Source: an uncultured Solirubrobacterales bacterium (GTDB taxonomy: Bacteria > Actinomycetota > Thermoleophilia > Solirubrobacterales > 70-9). Taken from it: a stretch of 64,000 nucleotides of DNA. The stretch is from contig CALMSY010000025.1 in NCBI GenBank assembly GCA_937872475.1, positions 6,379 through 70,378 on the forward strand, written 5' to 3'. Below the pieces are notes generated by a model. That model was not told where the DNA came from, made no database searches, and saw only the letters and a program-made list of their open reading frames with translations. This document shows, in pieces, positions 55,840 to 63,456 of the stretch (positions are counted from its first letter, which is position 1; each line of letters opens with the position of its first letter). The translations under genes and the position numbers were made by a program.

Positions 55840-58182
55840 ATGTACCTGCGCTCAGTCACTATGAAGGGCTTCAAATCCTTCCCGGAGAAGACCGAGCTGG
55901 CCTTCTCGCCCGGTGTCAGCGTGATCGTCGGCCCGAATGGTTCCGGCAAGTCGAATATCACCGATGCTGTGCTGTGGGCGCTGGGTGAGCAGAGCCCTGG
56001 CGCTATCCGCGGCACCTCGATGCAGGATGTGATCTCGGTCGGAGGCAAGAATGTAGGGGCCCGGTCCGAAGCTGAAGTAGAGGTCGTGATCGACAATTCC
56101 GGCGGCCATCTCGGCGATGAATTCTCGGAGATCTCGATCACCCGGAAACTGGATCGCAACGGGGACGGCGGCTACTGGATGAACGGGGCGAAGTGTCGGC
56201 TCGCTGACATCATCGAGCTGCTCTCCGATGCGAACCTGGGCCGGGAAATGCATTCGGTGATCAGCCAGGGAAGGGTGGATTCAATCGTCCACTCGAAGCC
56301 CCGCGAGCGCCGGTTGCTGATCGAAGAGGCAGCCGGCCTGGGGAAATTCCGCAAACGCCGCCGCCGGTCGGAACTCAAGCTGATCGCCACCCGTGACAAT
56401 CTCGACCGGGCGCTCGACGTCGAACGCGAGGCGCGCAAAGCTCTCCGGCCGCTCAAGCAACAGGCCAATTCGGCTGAGATCGGTGCCCGTATCGAGCATC
56501 AGGAGCTGGAACTGAAGAGCCGGCTCGTCGTTGAGGAGCTGCGCTTCGGTGAAGCCCGGCTGGAGCAGGCGAAAGCCGAGGCCGACAAGGCACGCAACGT
56601 ACGGGATGGTCTGGAAAAGCAGCTCGGTGTGGTTTCCGAGCGCCGCAGGGCAGCCGAGGAGAGGTTTGCTGAACGGGACCGGGAGCGAACCGCGATCTGG
56701 GGCATTCTGAACATGCTCCGGTCCGGCCAGGAGCAGGTTTCGATCGAGTCATCACGGGTCGCCGAACTGGGCCGTGGTCTGGCCGGCCGTCTCGAGGAGC
56801 TCCGGCTTGAACTCGCCCCGCTCACGCTGGATGTTGGCAATAGCGGCAGCGCAAGTGAACGGGCCAAGCGGCTGGTTGAAGAATTCTCGGAGGTCGATGC
56901 AGGTCTCGCGGCCGCCGCCGAAGGGCTGCGGCAGGCGCGGGCGGATGGCCCGGAATCCCGCCGGCTTGAAGCCCTGGCGGATGTCCACTCGGGTGCGGAA
57001 CGAGCGACCCGACACGCCCGCCGGGCGGAAGGTCTGCTCGGAGAGCGTCATCGCGAACGGCTTGGTGAGCGGATGGCGGAAGTCGAGAAGATCTGGTCGC
57101 TGGTCACATCGATTGAAAAGACCGCCGGGGAAACCGCCCAGGCCATCCGGGACCGCGTCGGCAGGGCCGAGCGGACCGTCATCGGGGATCAGGGTGACGC
57201 CGATGAGATCTCGGCTGAACTCAAGGCCTGCTCGGATCTTGAAGTTCAGATTCAGGCCAAGCTTCGCGCGGTGGCTGACCAGGTCACGAGCGCCGAGGTT
57301 GAGGCGGCCCATCTCGGTGACCGCCGGGCCGAGGCGGCCGGTGAGCTTGCCCGCATCTCGGAGAAGCTTGAAACGGAGATCCCGGAGCCGGAAGAGCCGC
57401 TGGATGAAGATGAACGCAACCAGATTGAGAAGCGGCTCCACAACCTGAGGGTACGCCGCGAGCGGCTGGGGCCGGTCAACCCTCTGGCCAAGAAGGAATA
57501 TGAGGAAGCGCTCCAGCATGTGGAGCAACTCGTAGCCCAGCGTGAAGACACTGAGCGGGCGATGCGCGAGCTGGAAGCGGTGATCCGTGACATCGATGCG
57601 GAAATCAAGCGTTCCTTCGACGAAACCTTCGAGGCGACCGCAGTGAACTTCGAGCAGATGATCGCCCAGCTGTTTCCCGGTGGTACCGGCAGGTTGCGGT
57701 CGGTGGACCTTCGCCCGGTTCCGGCCCCAGCCGCCGAAGGCGAGGAGCCGGAAGGCGACGAGGAGATCGCGGACGATGATGGTCCCCTTACACCGAATGA
57801 ATCAGATTTCGGAGTCGAACTTGAAGTAACGCCGCAGGGCAAGCGGATGCGCCAGATGAGCCTGCTCTCCGGCGGCGAGAAGGCAATGACCGCTCTTGCC
57901 TTTGTTTTCGCGGTCTTCCTTGCCAGACCTTGTCCCTTCTACATCCTGGATGAGGTTGAGGCCGCTCTGGATGACTCCAACATCAATCGCTTCCTGGAAC
58001 TGGTGCGGGAGTTTTCGGACCGGACCCAGTTTGTGATCGTCACCCACCAGAAGCTGACCATGGACGCGGCCGATGTGCTCTACGGAGTGAGCATGGGCGG
58101 CGATGGCGTAACGAAGGTGATCTCGCGTCGCCTGCCGAAGGGCGTTACAGCGCTCGAAGGAACCTCTCTCGAAGCTGCCTGA
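55840..58182 (+). CDS. smc: SMC-family chromosome partition ATPase, unusually short (780 aa) with no recognisable hinge
   Basis: The N-terminal head is FKSFPEKTELAFSPGVSVIVGPNGSGKSN. The C-terminal head has LSGGEK and ILDEVEAALD. It occupies the canonical rnc-smc-ftsY position. Confidence 0.85.
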   Translation: MYLRSVTMKGFKSFPEKTELAFSPGVSVIVGPNGSGKSNITDAVLWALGEQSPGAIRGTSMQDVISVGGKNVGARSEAEVEVVIDNSGGHLGDEFSEISITRKLDRNGDGGYWMNGAKCRLADIIELLSDANLGREMHSVISQGRVDSIVHSKPRERRLLIEEAAGLGKFRKRRRRSELKLIATRDNLDRALDVEREARKALRPLKQQANSAEIGARIEHQELELKSRLVVEELRFGEARLEQAKAEADKARNVRDGLEKQLGVVSERRRAAEERFAERDRERTAIWGILNMLRSGQEQVSIESSRVAELGRGLAGRLEELRLELAPLTLDVGNSGSASERAKRLVEEFSEVDAGLAAAAEGLRQARADGPESRRLEALADVHSGAERATRHARRAEGLLGERHRERLGERMAEVEKIWSLVTSIEKTAGETAQAIRDRVGRAERTVIGDQGDADEISAELKACSDLEVQIQAKLRAVADQVTSAEVEAAHLGDRRAEAAGELARISEKLETEIPEPEEPLDEDERNQIEKRLHNLRVRRERLGPVNPLAKKEYEEALQHVEQLVAQREDTERAMRELEAVIRDIDAEIKRSFDETFEATAVNFEQMIAQLFPGGTGRLRSVDLRPVPAPAAEGEEPEGDEEIADDDGPLTPNESDFGVELEVTPQGKRMRQMSLLSGGEKAMTALAFVFAVFLARPCPFYILDEVEAALDDSNINRFLELVREFSDRTQFVIVTHQKLTMDAADVLYGVSMGGDGVTKVISRRLPKGVTALEGTSLEAA

Positions 58183-58562
58183 TGGCGCATTGGCAGAAGG
58201 TCAACTTCGCCGAAGTTGAAGACGTCAATCCTGAAGGGGTTTCCGTCCAGTAGCGCTTCGCCAGGATCGTTCTCGGTTCACCCGAACTCGGCGTGAGTCG
58301 TTTCACATACGAACCTGGTGCCCGCATGCCATGAGGGCACCGACACCGGACCCAGAAAGAAATCTGCGTGGTGATCACCGGCAGTGGTCGGGCCAGGCTT
58401 GAAGACGAGACCATCGAAGTTGGACCGGGGGACGCGATTCGGGTTGGCCTTTCACTGACCCGTTCATTCGAGGCCGGGTCCGAGGGGATGGAGATGATCC
58501 GCATCGGCGGCCGCAAGCCGGAAGGTCAGGATGGCATCCGGGACGAGAATTTCTGGATCTGA
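58182..58562 (+). pseudogene. Cupin-domain gene interrupted by two in-frame stop codons
   Basis: A single frame reads MAHWQKVNFAEVEDVNPEGVSVQ-TAG-RFARIVLGSPELGVSRFTYEPGARMP-TGA-GHRHRTQKEICVVITGSG...ENFWI. The stops lie at 58251 and 58332. The cupin motif GHRH..E......G is intact. The ATG shares a nt with the smc TGA. Confidence 0.6.
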
Positions 58563-58595
58563 CGCCACTCACCGAATTCAGGCAAGATCCGATCC

Positions 58596-59606
58596 GTGAG
58601 CACGACCTGGAATGACATTCTCGATCTCGGCGACCGTGTTGTACCGGACACCGCGCCGCCTCCGGCGGCCGAGGAGGAAGCCCCGAAGAAGATGGGCGCT
58701 TTCCGCCGCCTGAGGGAGAGCCTCTCCAAGAGTCGCCGCGCCCTCGCCGAGGAGATCGGCTCCAGCATTTTCGACCGGATTGACGATGAAACCTGGGAGC
58801 GTCTCGAGGAAGCCCTTATCCTGGCTGACGCCGGTGCCACGACCACAGCCCAGGTCGTTGAGAAGCTCGAACACGAGGTCGATTCCGGAGCAGTGCCGCC
58901 CGACGGTGCCGCGATAAAGGAGAGGCTGATCGGGCTCCTGACTGAAATTTCTTCGACCAACCGGGCCCCGATCAACCTGAGTCAGGATCCAGCCGTCGTG
59001 CTCATGACCGGGGTAAACGGCACGGGCAAGACAACTTCGATTGGCAAGATCGCCTGGCACCTCAAGAACGAGTTCGGTTTGTCCGTCCTGCTGGGTGCCG
59101 CCGACACCTACCGCGCGGCCGCTGCCGAGCAGCTTGCGACCTGGGCTGACCGGGCGGGTGCCGATCTGGTCCGTTCGAACGAGGGGGCCGACCCGGGCTC
59201 GGTCGCCTTCGACGCGATCACCGCCGCGAAGGCCCGCGGTTCGGATGTGGTGATCATCGATACAGCCGGTCGTCTCCACACCCAGTCCAATCTGATGGAC
59301 GAGCTCGGCAAGGTCCGCCGGGTAATCGAAAAGCAGATTCCCGGCGCGCCGCATGAAACCCTGATCTCAATTGACGCAACCACAGGCCAGAACGGTTTGC
59401 GTCAGGCCAAGGCTTTCGCCGAAGCGACTGACGTATCGGGTGTCGTCCTGACCAAGCTGGATGGGACCGCCAAAGGCGGCATAACTCTCGCAATCGCCAC
59501 CGAGCTGGCAATCCCGGTCAAGCTGATCGGCGTGGGAGAGGCCCATGAAGATCTCCGCCCCTTCGATCCGGAAGATTTCTCCCGCGCCTTGCTGGCCGAC
59601 GAGTAA
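58596..59606 (+). CDS. ftsY: Signal recognition particle receptor FtsY
   Basis: It has NG-domain motifs GVNGTGKTTS, DTAGR and TKLDGTAKGG. Confidence 0.93.
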   Translation: MSTTWNDILDLGDRVVPDTAPPPAAEEEAPKKMGAFRRLRESLSKSRRALAEEIGSSIFDRIDDETWERLEEALILADAGATTTAQVVEKLEHEVDSGAVPPDGAAIKERLIGLLTEISSTNRAPINLSQDPAVVLMTGVNGTGKTTSIGKIAWHLKNEFGLSVLLGAADTYRAAAAEQLATWADRAGADLVRSNEGADPGSVAFDAITAAKARGSDVVIIDTAGRLHTQSNLMDELGKVRRVIEKQIPGAPHETLISIDATTGQNGLRQAKAFAEATDVSGVVLTKLDGTAKGGITLAIATELAIPVKLIGVGEAHEDLRPFDPEDFSRALLADE

Positions 59607-59616
59607 CGGGGTAGAG

Positions 59617-59803
59617 GGGTGCGGTGCGGGGTGTTCCCCAACAACCGTCGTTGAGCTCCTCATTCCGGAGTCTTTTGGGGAACACCCCCGGCCCGAACCC
59701 TGCGGGACTTGTCGATTCACGGGTCACCTGCTTGGTTCCGAGGGTGCGATGCGGGGGTGTCCGAAAGAAGATGGACAGCAAGCGAAGCGTGATCTTTTTT
59801 CGG
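59617..59803 (+). other. Structured intergenic element: 21-nt direct repeat, each copy followed by a long hairpin
   Basis: Direct repeats are gggtgcggtgcggggtgttcc (59617-59637) and gggtgcgatgcgggggtgtcc (59742-59762). Hairpin 1 has a 14-bp stem (59628-59641 with 59675-59688). Hairpin 2 has a 12-bp A/U-rich stem (59761-59772 with 59792-59803). Confidence 0.3.
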
Positions 59804-59851
59804 GTGCCACCGTGCCGCGCCTCCACCACAGGTCGGTAGGGTTGTCGGTCC

Positions 59852-61216
59852 ATGTTTGACCAGCTTTCAGACCGCCTTCAGTCAACCCTCGGGGACATCC
59901 GCAAGCGGGGCAAGCTGACCGAGGACGATGTCGACAAGGCGATGCGGGAAATCCGCCTCGCCCTGCTCGAAGCGGATGTCAACTTCAAGGTCGTGAAGGC
60001 TTTCACCGCGAAGGTCAAGGAACGCTGTCTCGGCGCCGACGTTCTCGGTTCGCTGAATCCGGGCCAGCAGGTCGTGAAGATAGTCAACGAGGAGTTGACC
60101 GAACTGATGGGCGGGGCTGGTCGTGACCTCGTCTTCTCCAACAAGGGGATCACGGTCATTCTGATGGCCGGTCTCCAGGGTTCGGGCAAGACGACCGCCA
60201 CCGCAAAACTTGCCCGGCTCCTGAAGAAGGAAGGCAAGAGCGTTGCTCTCGCGGCCTGCGACATCTACCGGCCGGCCGCAATCCAGCAGCTGGAAACAGT
60301 CGGCAAGCGGGCCGGTGCTGTTGTTTATCAGCAGGGCACCGACGCAGATCCGGTCGAGATCGCCTCGTGGGCCCTTGGCAAGGCGAAGGATGAAGGCCGT
60401 GACGTTCTGATCGTCGACACTGCGGGCCGACTCCACATTGATAGCGAGCTGATGGATGAGCTCGCCCGGATCCGCAAGACGGTCAAGCCGCACAACGTGT
60501 TGCTGGTCGTCGATGCGATGACCGGCCAGGACGCGGTCGGGGTCGCCGAGTCCTTTTCCGAAGCGGCCGAATTTGACGGAGTGATCATCTCCAAGCTCGA
60601 CGGCGATGCGCGTGGTGGTGCTGCGCTTTCGGTGAAGGCGGTCACCGGCAAGCCAATCCTCTTCGCCTCGACCGGCGAGAAGCTCGACGACTTCGAGCAT
60701 TTCCATCCTGACCGGATGTCCAGCCGGATTCTCGGCATGGGCGATGTTCTCAGCCTGATCGAGAAGGCCGAGGAGCAGGTTTCCGAAGAAGAGGCCGAGG
60801 AACTCCAGCGGAAGATGGAGGAGGGCCAGTTCACGCTCGAAGACTTCCTCAAGCAGATGCGCCAGATCCGCAAGATGGGGCCGATCGGCAACCTGCTCGG
60901 GATGATGCCCGGCATGGGTGCGATGAAGAAAATGAAGGATGTCGAAGTTGACGACGGAGAGCTCGACCGGGTCGAGGCGATCATTCTTTCGATGACCCCG
61001 CATGAGCGGGCGATGCCCCAGATCATCAAGGGATCGCGTCGGCGCAGAATCGCCGAGGGCTCCGGGACGAAAATTCAGCAGGTGAACAATCTGGTCAAGC
61101 AGTTCGACCAGATGAGGAAGCTGATGAAGCACATGGCAAATGGCCAGATGCCGGACCAGAACCAGATGGCGAAGATGATGGGCCAGACCCAGAGGCCAAA
61201 GATCCGCCGGCGCTAG
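59852..61216 (+). CDS. ffh: Signal recognition particle protein Ffh
   Basis: It begins MFDQLSDRLQ, carries GLQGSGKTT and DTAGR, and has a Met-rich M domain (LLGMMPGMGAMKKM). Confidence 0.97.
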   Translation: MFDQLSDRLQSTLGDIRKRGKLTEDDVDKAMREIRLALLEADVNFKVVKAFTAKVKERCLGADVLGSLNPGQQVVKIVNEELTELMGGAGRDLVFSNKGITVILMAGLQGSGKTTATAKLARLLKKEGKSVALAACDIYRPAAIQQLETVGKRAGAVVYQQGTDADPVEIASWALGKAKDEGRDVLIVDTAGRLHIDSELMDELARIRKTVKPHNVLLVVDAMTGQDAVGVAESFSEAAEFDGVIISKLDGDARGGAALSVKAVTGKPILFASTGEKLDDFEHFHPDRMSSRILGMGDVLSLIEKAEEQVSEEEAEELQRKMEEGQFTLEDFLKQMRQIRKMGPIGNLLGMMPGMGAMKKMKDVEVDDGELDRVEAIILSMTPHERAMPQIIKGSRRRRIAEGSGTKIQQVNNLVKQFDQMRKLMKHMANGQMPDQNQMAKMMGQTQRPKIRRR

Positions 61217-61286
61217 AGCCGGCCTGGCAGCGCGGGAAAGGCCGAGCCGACTGGGCCAGACGTGGCCGGGTCAACTGCGCCGGGGA

Positions 61287-61334
61287 CGGTGTCACGACTT
61301 AGGTTCGGTTTTCGATACCGAAATCGTGACACCG
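61287..61334 (+). other. 48-nt compound hairpin upstream of rpsP
   Basis: The outer 11-bp stem pairs cggtgtcacga with tcgtgacaccg. The inner 6-bp stem pairs ttcggt with accgaa. It ends 60 nt before the rpsP ATG. Confidence 0.3.
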
Positions 61335-61394
61335 TGTGGGCCAGATAGGGCAAAGCGTGGTCAGGCGGACAAAACCTGTACGATTCCGCGTCCA

Positions 61395-61649
61395 ATGGCA
61401 GTCCGCATCAGACTTAGAAGAGTTGGTTCCAAGAAGAACCCGATCTGGCGAATCGTCGTCGCCGACAAGCGTGCACCACGTGACGGTCGCACAATCGAGA
61501 CGATTGGCCAGTACAACGCCCAGACAGACCCGTCGACCATCGTGGTTGACGAGGAACGCGCCAACTACTGGCTTGAAAAGGGCGCCCAGCCCTCGGAGCG
61601 TGTCGCTGGCCTGTTGCGGATCAAGGGCATTAAAGCCACCGGCAGCTGA
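61395..61649 (+). CDS. rpsP: 30S ribosomal protein S16
   Basis: It begins MAVRIRLRRVGSKKNPIWRIVVAD. Confidence 0.95.
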   Translation: MAVRIRLRRVGSKKNPIWRIVVADKRAPRDGRTIETIGQYNAQTDPSTIVVDEERANYWLEKGAQPSERVAGLLRIKGIKATGS

Positions 61650-61668
61650 GGCGGCAGGTACCGGCCCG

Positions 61669-61899
61669 ATGCAGGAGATGCTCCTCTACATCACCCGGGC
61701 CCTGGTCGAGGATCCCGATGCTGTCGAAGTCGAAGAACTCGAGGAAGACGGCGACCTCGTTTTTGAGATCACGGTCGGTGACGATGATCTCGGCCGGGTG
61801 ATCGGCAGAGGTGGACGTGTAGCGAACGCGATTCGCACCGTTGCCAAAGCGGCAGCCGTGCGCGAAGAGCGTCGCGTCCTGGTCGACATCCTCGACTGA
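61669..61899 (+). CDS. KH-domain RNA-binding protein (YlqC-like)
   Basis: It has the GxxG motif (GRVIGRGGRVANAIRTV) and the conserved position after rpsP. Confidence 0.8.
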   Translation: MQEMLLYITRALVEDPDAVEVEELEEDGDLVFEITVGDDDLGRVIGRGGRVANAIRTVAKAAAVREERRVLVDILD

Positions 61900-61963
61900 G
61901 AGTCGTCGGCCTAAAGACGTCCGATTCACCCGAGTCGGCCATTTGGCCTAATGTCGGGCATCG

Positions 61964-62623
61964 ATGAAGCTCGACATCTTCACTCTCTTTCCCGAAGCAT
62001 TCGACTGGTTCAGCCAGCAACGACCGGTTCGCAAGGCGACCGAGAGCGGGGCGGAGCTCAACTTGTGCGACTACCGGACCTGGACGCCCCTCAAGGGAGG
62101 GCGCGTCGACGACGCACCTTACGGTGGTGGTGCGGGCATGGTTCTCCGGGTCGATGTGGTTGACGCCGCCCTTGAAGGCTTCTATGGGGAAGAGGAAAGG
62201 CCTCGAATCGTGGTGCTCGGTCCCGCCGGGCGGATGCTTGATGACAGCCTGGTCACCGAACTGGCCGCCGAACCGGGTCTTGCCCTGCTTTGCGGCAGAT
62301 ACGAAGGATTTGATCAACGGGTCCACGATCATCTCGCCGATGACGAGGTTTCAATTGGTCCGTATGTGCTGGCTGGTGGAGAACTGCCGGCGATGGTGGT
62401 GGCCGACGCGATCATGCGACGCCAGCCGGGCGCGCTGGGCGACGAAGACAGCGCAATAGAGGAATCCTGGTCTGAAGCACTCGATGGAATGCCCGAATAT
62501 CCGCATTACACTCGGCCACCCGAGTATCGAGGCTGGGGTATCCCTGATGTTCTGGTCTCGGGTGACCACGCCAAGGTGCGGGAATGGCGGCTTGAGCAGA
62601 GCCGCAAGCGGGGCGAGCGATAG
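61964..62623 (+). CDS. trmD: tRNA (guanine37-N1)-methyltransferase
   Basis: It has MKLDIFTLFPE, DDAPYGGGAGMVL and CGRYEGFDQRV. Confidence 0.95.
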   Translation: MKLDIFTLFPEAFDWFSQQRPVRKATESGAELNLCDYRTWTPLKGGRVDDAPYGGGAGMVLRVDVVDAALEGFYGEEERPRIVVLGPAGRMLDDSLVTELAAEPGLALLCGRYEGFDQRVHDHLADDEVSIGPYVLAGGELPAMVVADAIMRRQPGALGDEDSAIEESWSEALDGMPEYPHYTRPPEYRGWGIPDVLVSGDHAKVREWRLEQSRKRGER

Positions 62624-62627
62624 GCAA

Positions 62628-62671
62628 CAATCCCTTCGTGGAACGAGACGTCTCGTCTCGCGAAGGGATTG
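62628..62671 (+). other. 44-nt hairpin directly after trmD
   Basis: The 11-bp outer stem pairs caatcccttcg with cgaagggattg. It encloses the palindrome cgagacgtctcg. Confidence 0.3.
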
Positions 62672-62736
62672 GCCGCTACCTCATGAACGGGACCGGAATG
62701 ACGCCGGTTGCGTCCCTCCGCTAGGATTGCGCGTCT

Positions 62737-62764
62737 GCGGGCCTTCAACCGGGCCCGTCTTTTT
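62737..62764 (+). promoter_or_regulatory. GC hairpin plus T-tract (terminator-like attenuator) ending 5 nt before the rplS start codon
   Basis: gcgggcc and ggcccgt form a stem with an 8-nt loop, followed by tcttttt. No room is left for a promoter before ATG 62770. Confidence 0.35.
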
Positions 62765-62769
62765 AAGCA

Positions 62770-63456
62770 ATGAGCACCGTAATCCAGGACATCGAAAGCA
62801 GCCAGCTGAGGGAAGGACTTCCATCCTTTGCCCCGGGAGATCGCGTTCGCGTTCACTTCCTCGTGATCGAGGGGAACCGCAAACGCCCACAGGTATTCGA
62901 AGGCGTGGTGATCAAACGCCAGGGCTCCGGTGTCCGCGAGACGTTCACCGTCCGCAAGCAGTCTTTCGGTGTGGGTGTCGAACGTACTTTTCCACTTCAC
63001 TCCCCCAAGATCGAAAAGCTTGAGGTTGCGTCCCGCGGTCGCGTGCGGCGCGCCAAGCTCTACTACCTGCGTGGCCGGGTCGGCAAGGCTGCCCGTGTTG
63101 CCGAGCGGCGCTGGGGAATCGATGAGGACATGGTCGGCACTTCCGCTGCCGTCGATGCTTCGGGTGAAGCTCAGGAGCCGATCGAGGAATTGACCGAGGC
63201 GGTCGAAGACGGGGCTACTGAATCTGAAGCCACCGAAGCCGCTGAAGCCGGGTCGGGAGCAAGCGAAGCGCCCGAGGACCCTGCTGCCGAAGTCGCTGTC
63301 GACGAACCTGCTGCTGACGAAAGTGCCGACGAACCTGCTGCCGACGAAAGTGCCGGCGAACCTTCTGCTGAAGCCGGGACCGATGAGGCTCCCGAAGCCG
63401 ATTCTTCCGATGAGCCCGCCGAAGATGGCGAGCAGGATAAGAAGGAAGAAGTCTGA
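62770..63456 (+). CDS. rplS: 50S ribosomal protein L19 with a long acidic C-terminal extension
   Basis: The L19 core runs [26 protein letters not shown]...[19 protein letters not shown]. About 105 further residues rich in E/D/A/P follow. Confidence 0.93.
   Translation: MSTVIQDIESSQLREGLPSFAPGDRVRVHFLVIEGNRKRPQVFEGVVIKRQGSGVRETFTVRKQSFGVGVERTFPLHSPKIEKLEVASRGRVRRAKLYYLRGRVGKAARVAERRWGIDEDMVGTSAAVDASGEAQEPIEELTEAVEDGATESEATEAAEAGSGASEAPEDPAAEVAVDEPAADESADEPAADESAGEPSAEAGTDEAPEADSSDEPAEDGEQDKKEEV
63301..63375 (+). repeat. 27-bp in-frame tandem repeat inside the L19 tail (DEPAADESA units)
   Basis: gacgaacctgctgctgacgaaagtgcc (63301-63327) repeats at 63328-63354 with one substitution. A diverged third unit follows. 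Confidence 0.85.

Noticed and set aside
58332-58334. In-frame TGA of the cupin gene as recoded Trp or selenocysteine
   Set aside because: TGA is used as an ordinary stop by many genes in this window. No SECIS-like hairpin follows it, and a TAG also interrupts the same ORF.
59607-59851. SRP RNA (4.5S/ffs) located between ftsY and ffh
   Set aside because: Neither strand contains the conserved domain IV sequence (..GGUCCGGAAGGAAGCAGCC..-like GNAR tetraloop with flanking AGCA/GCA loops). The minus strand has only CUCCGGAAUGAGGAG, which does not fit.
59882-61132. 416-aa minus-strand ORF antisense to ffh
   Set aside because: The same reasoning applies. Ffh on the plus strand is unambiguous and the antisense product has no motifs.
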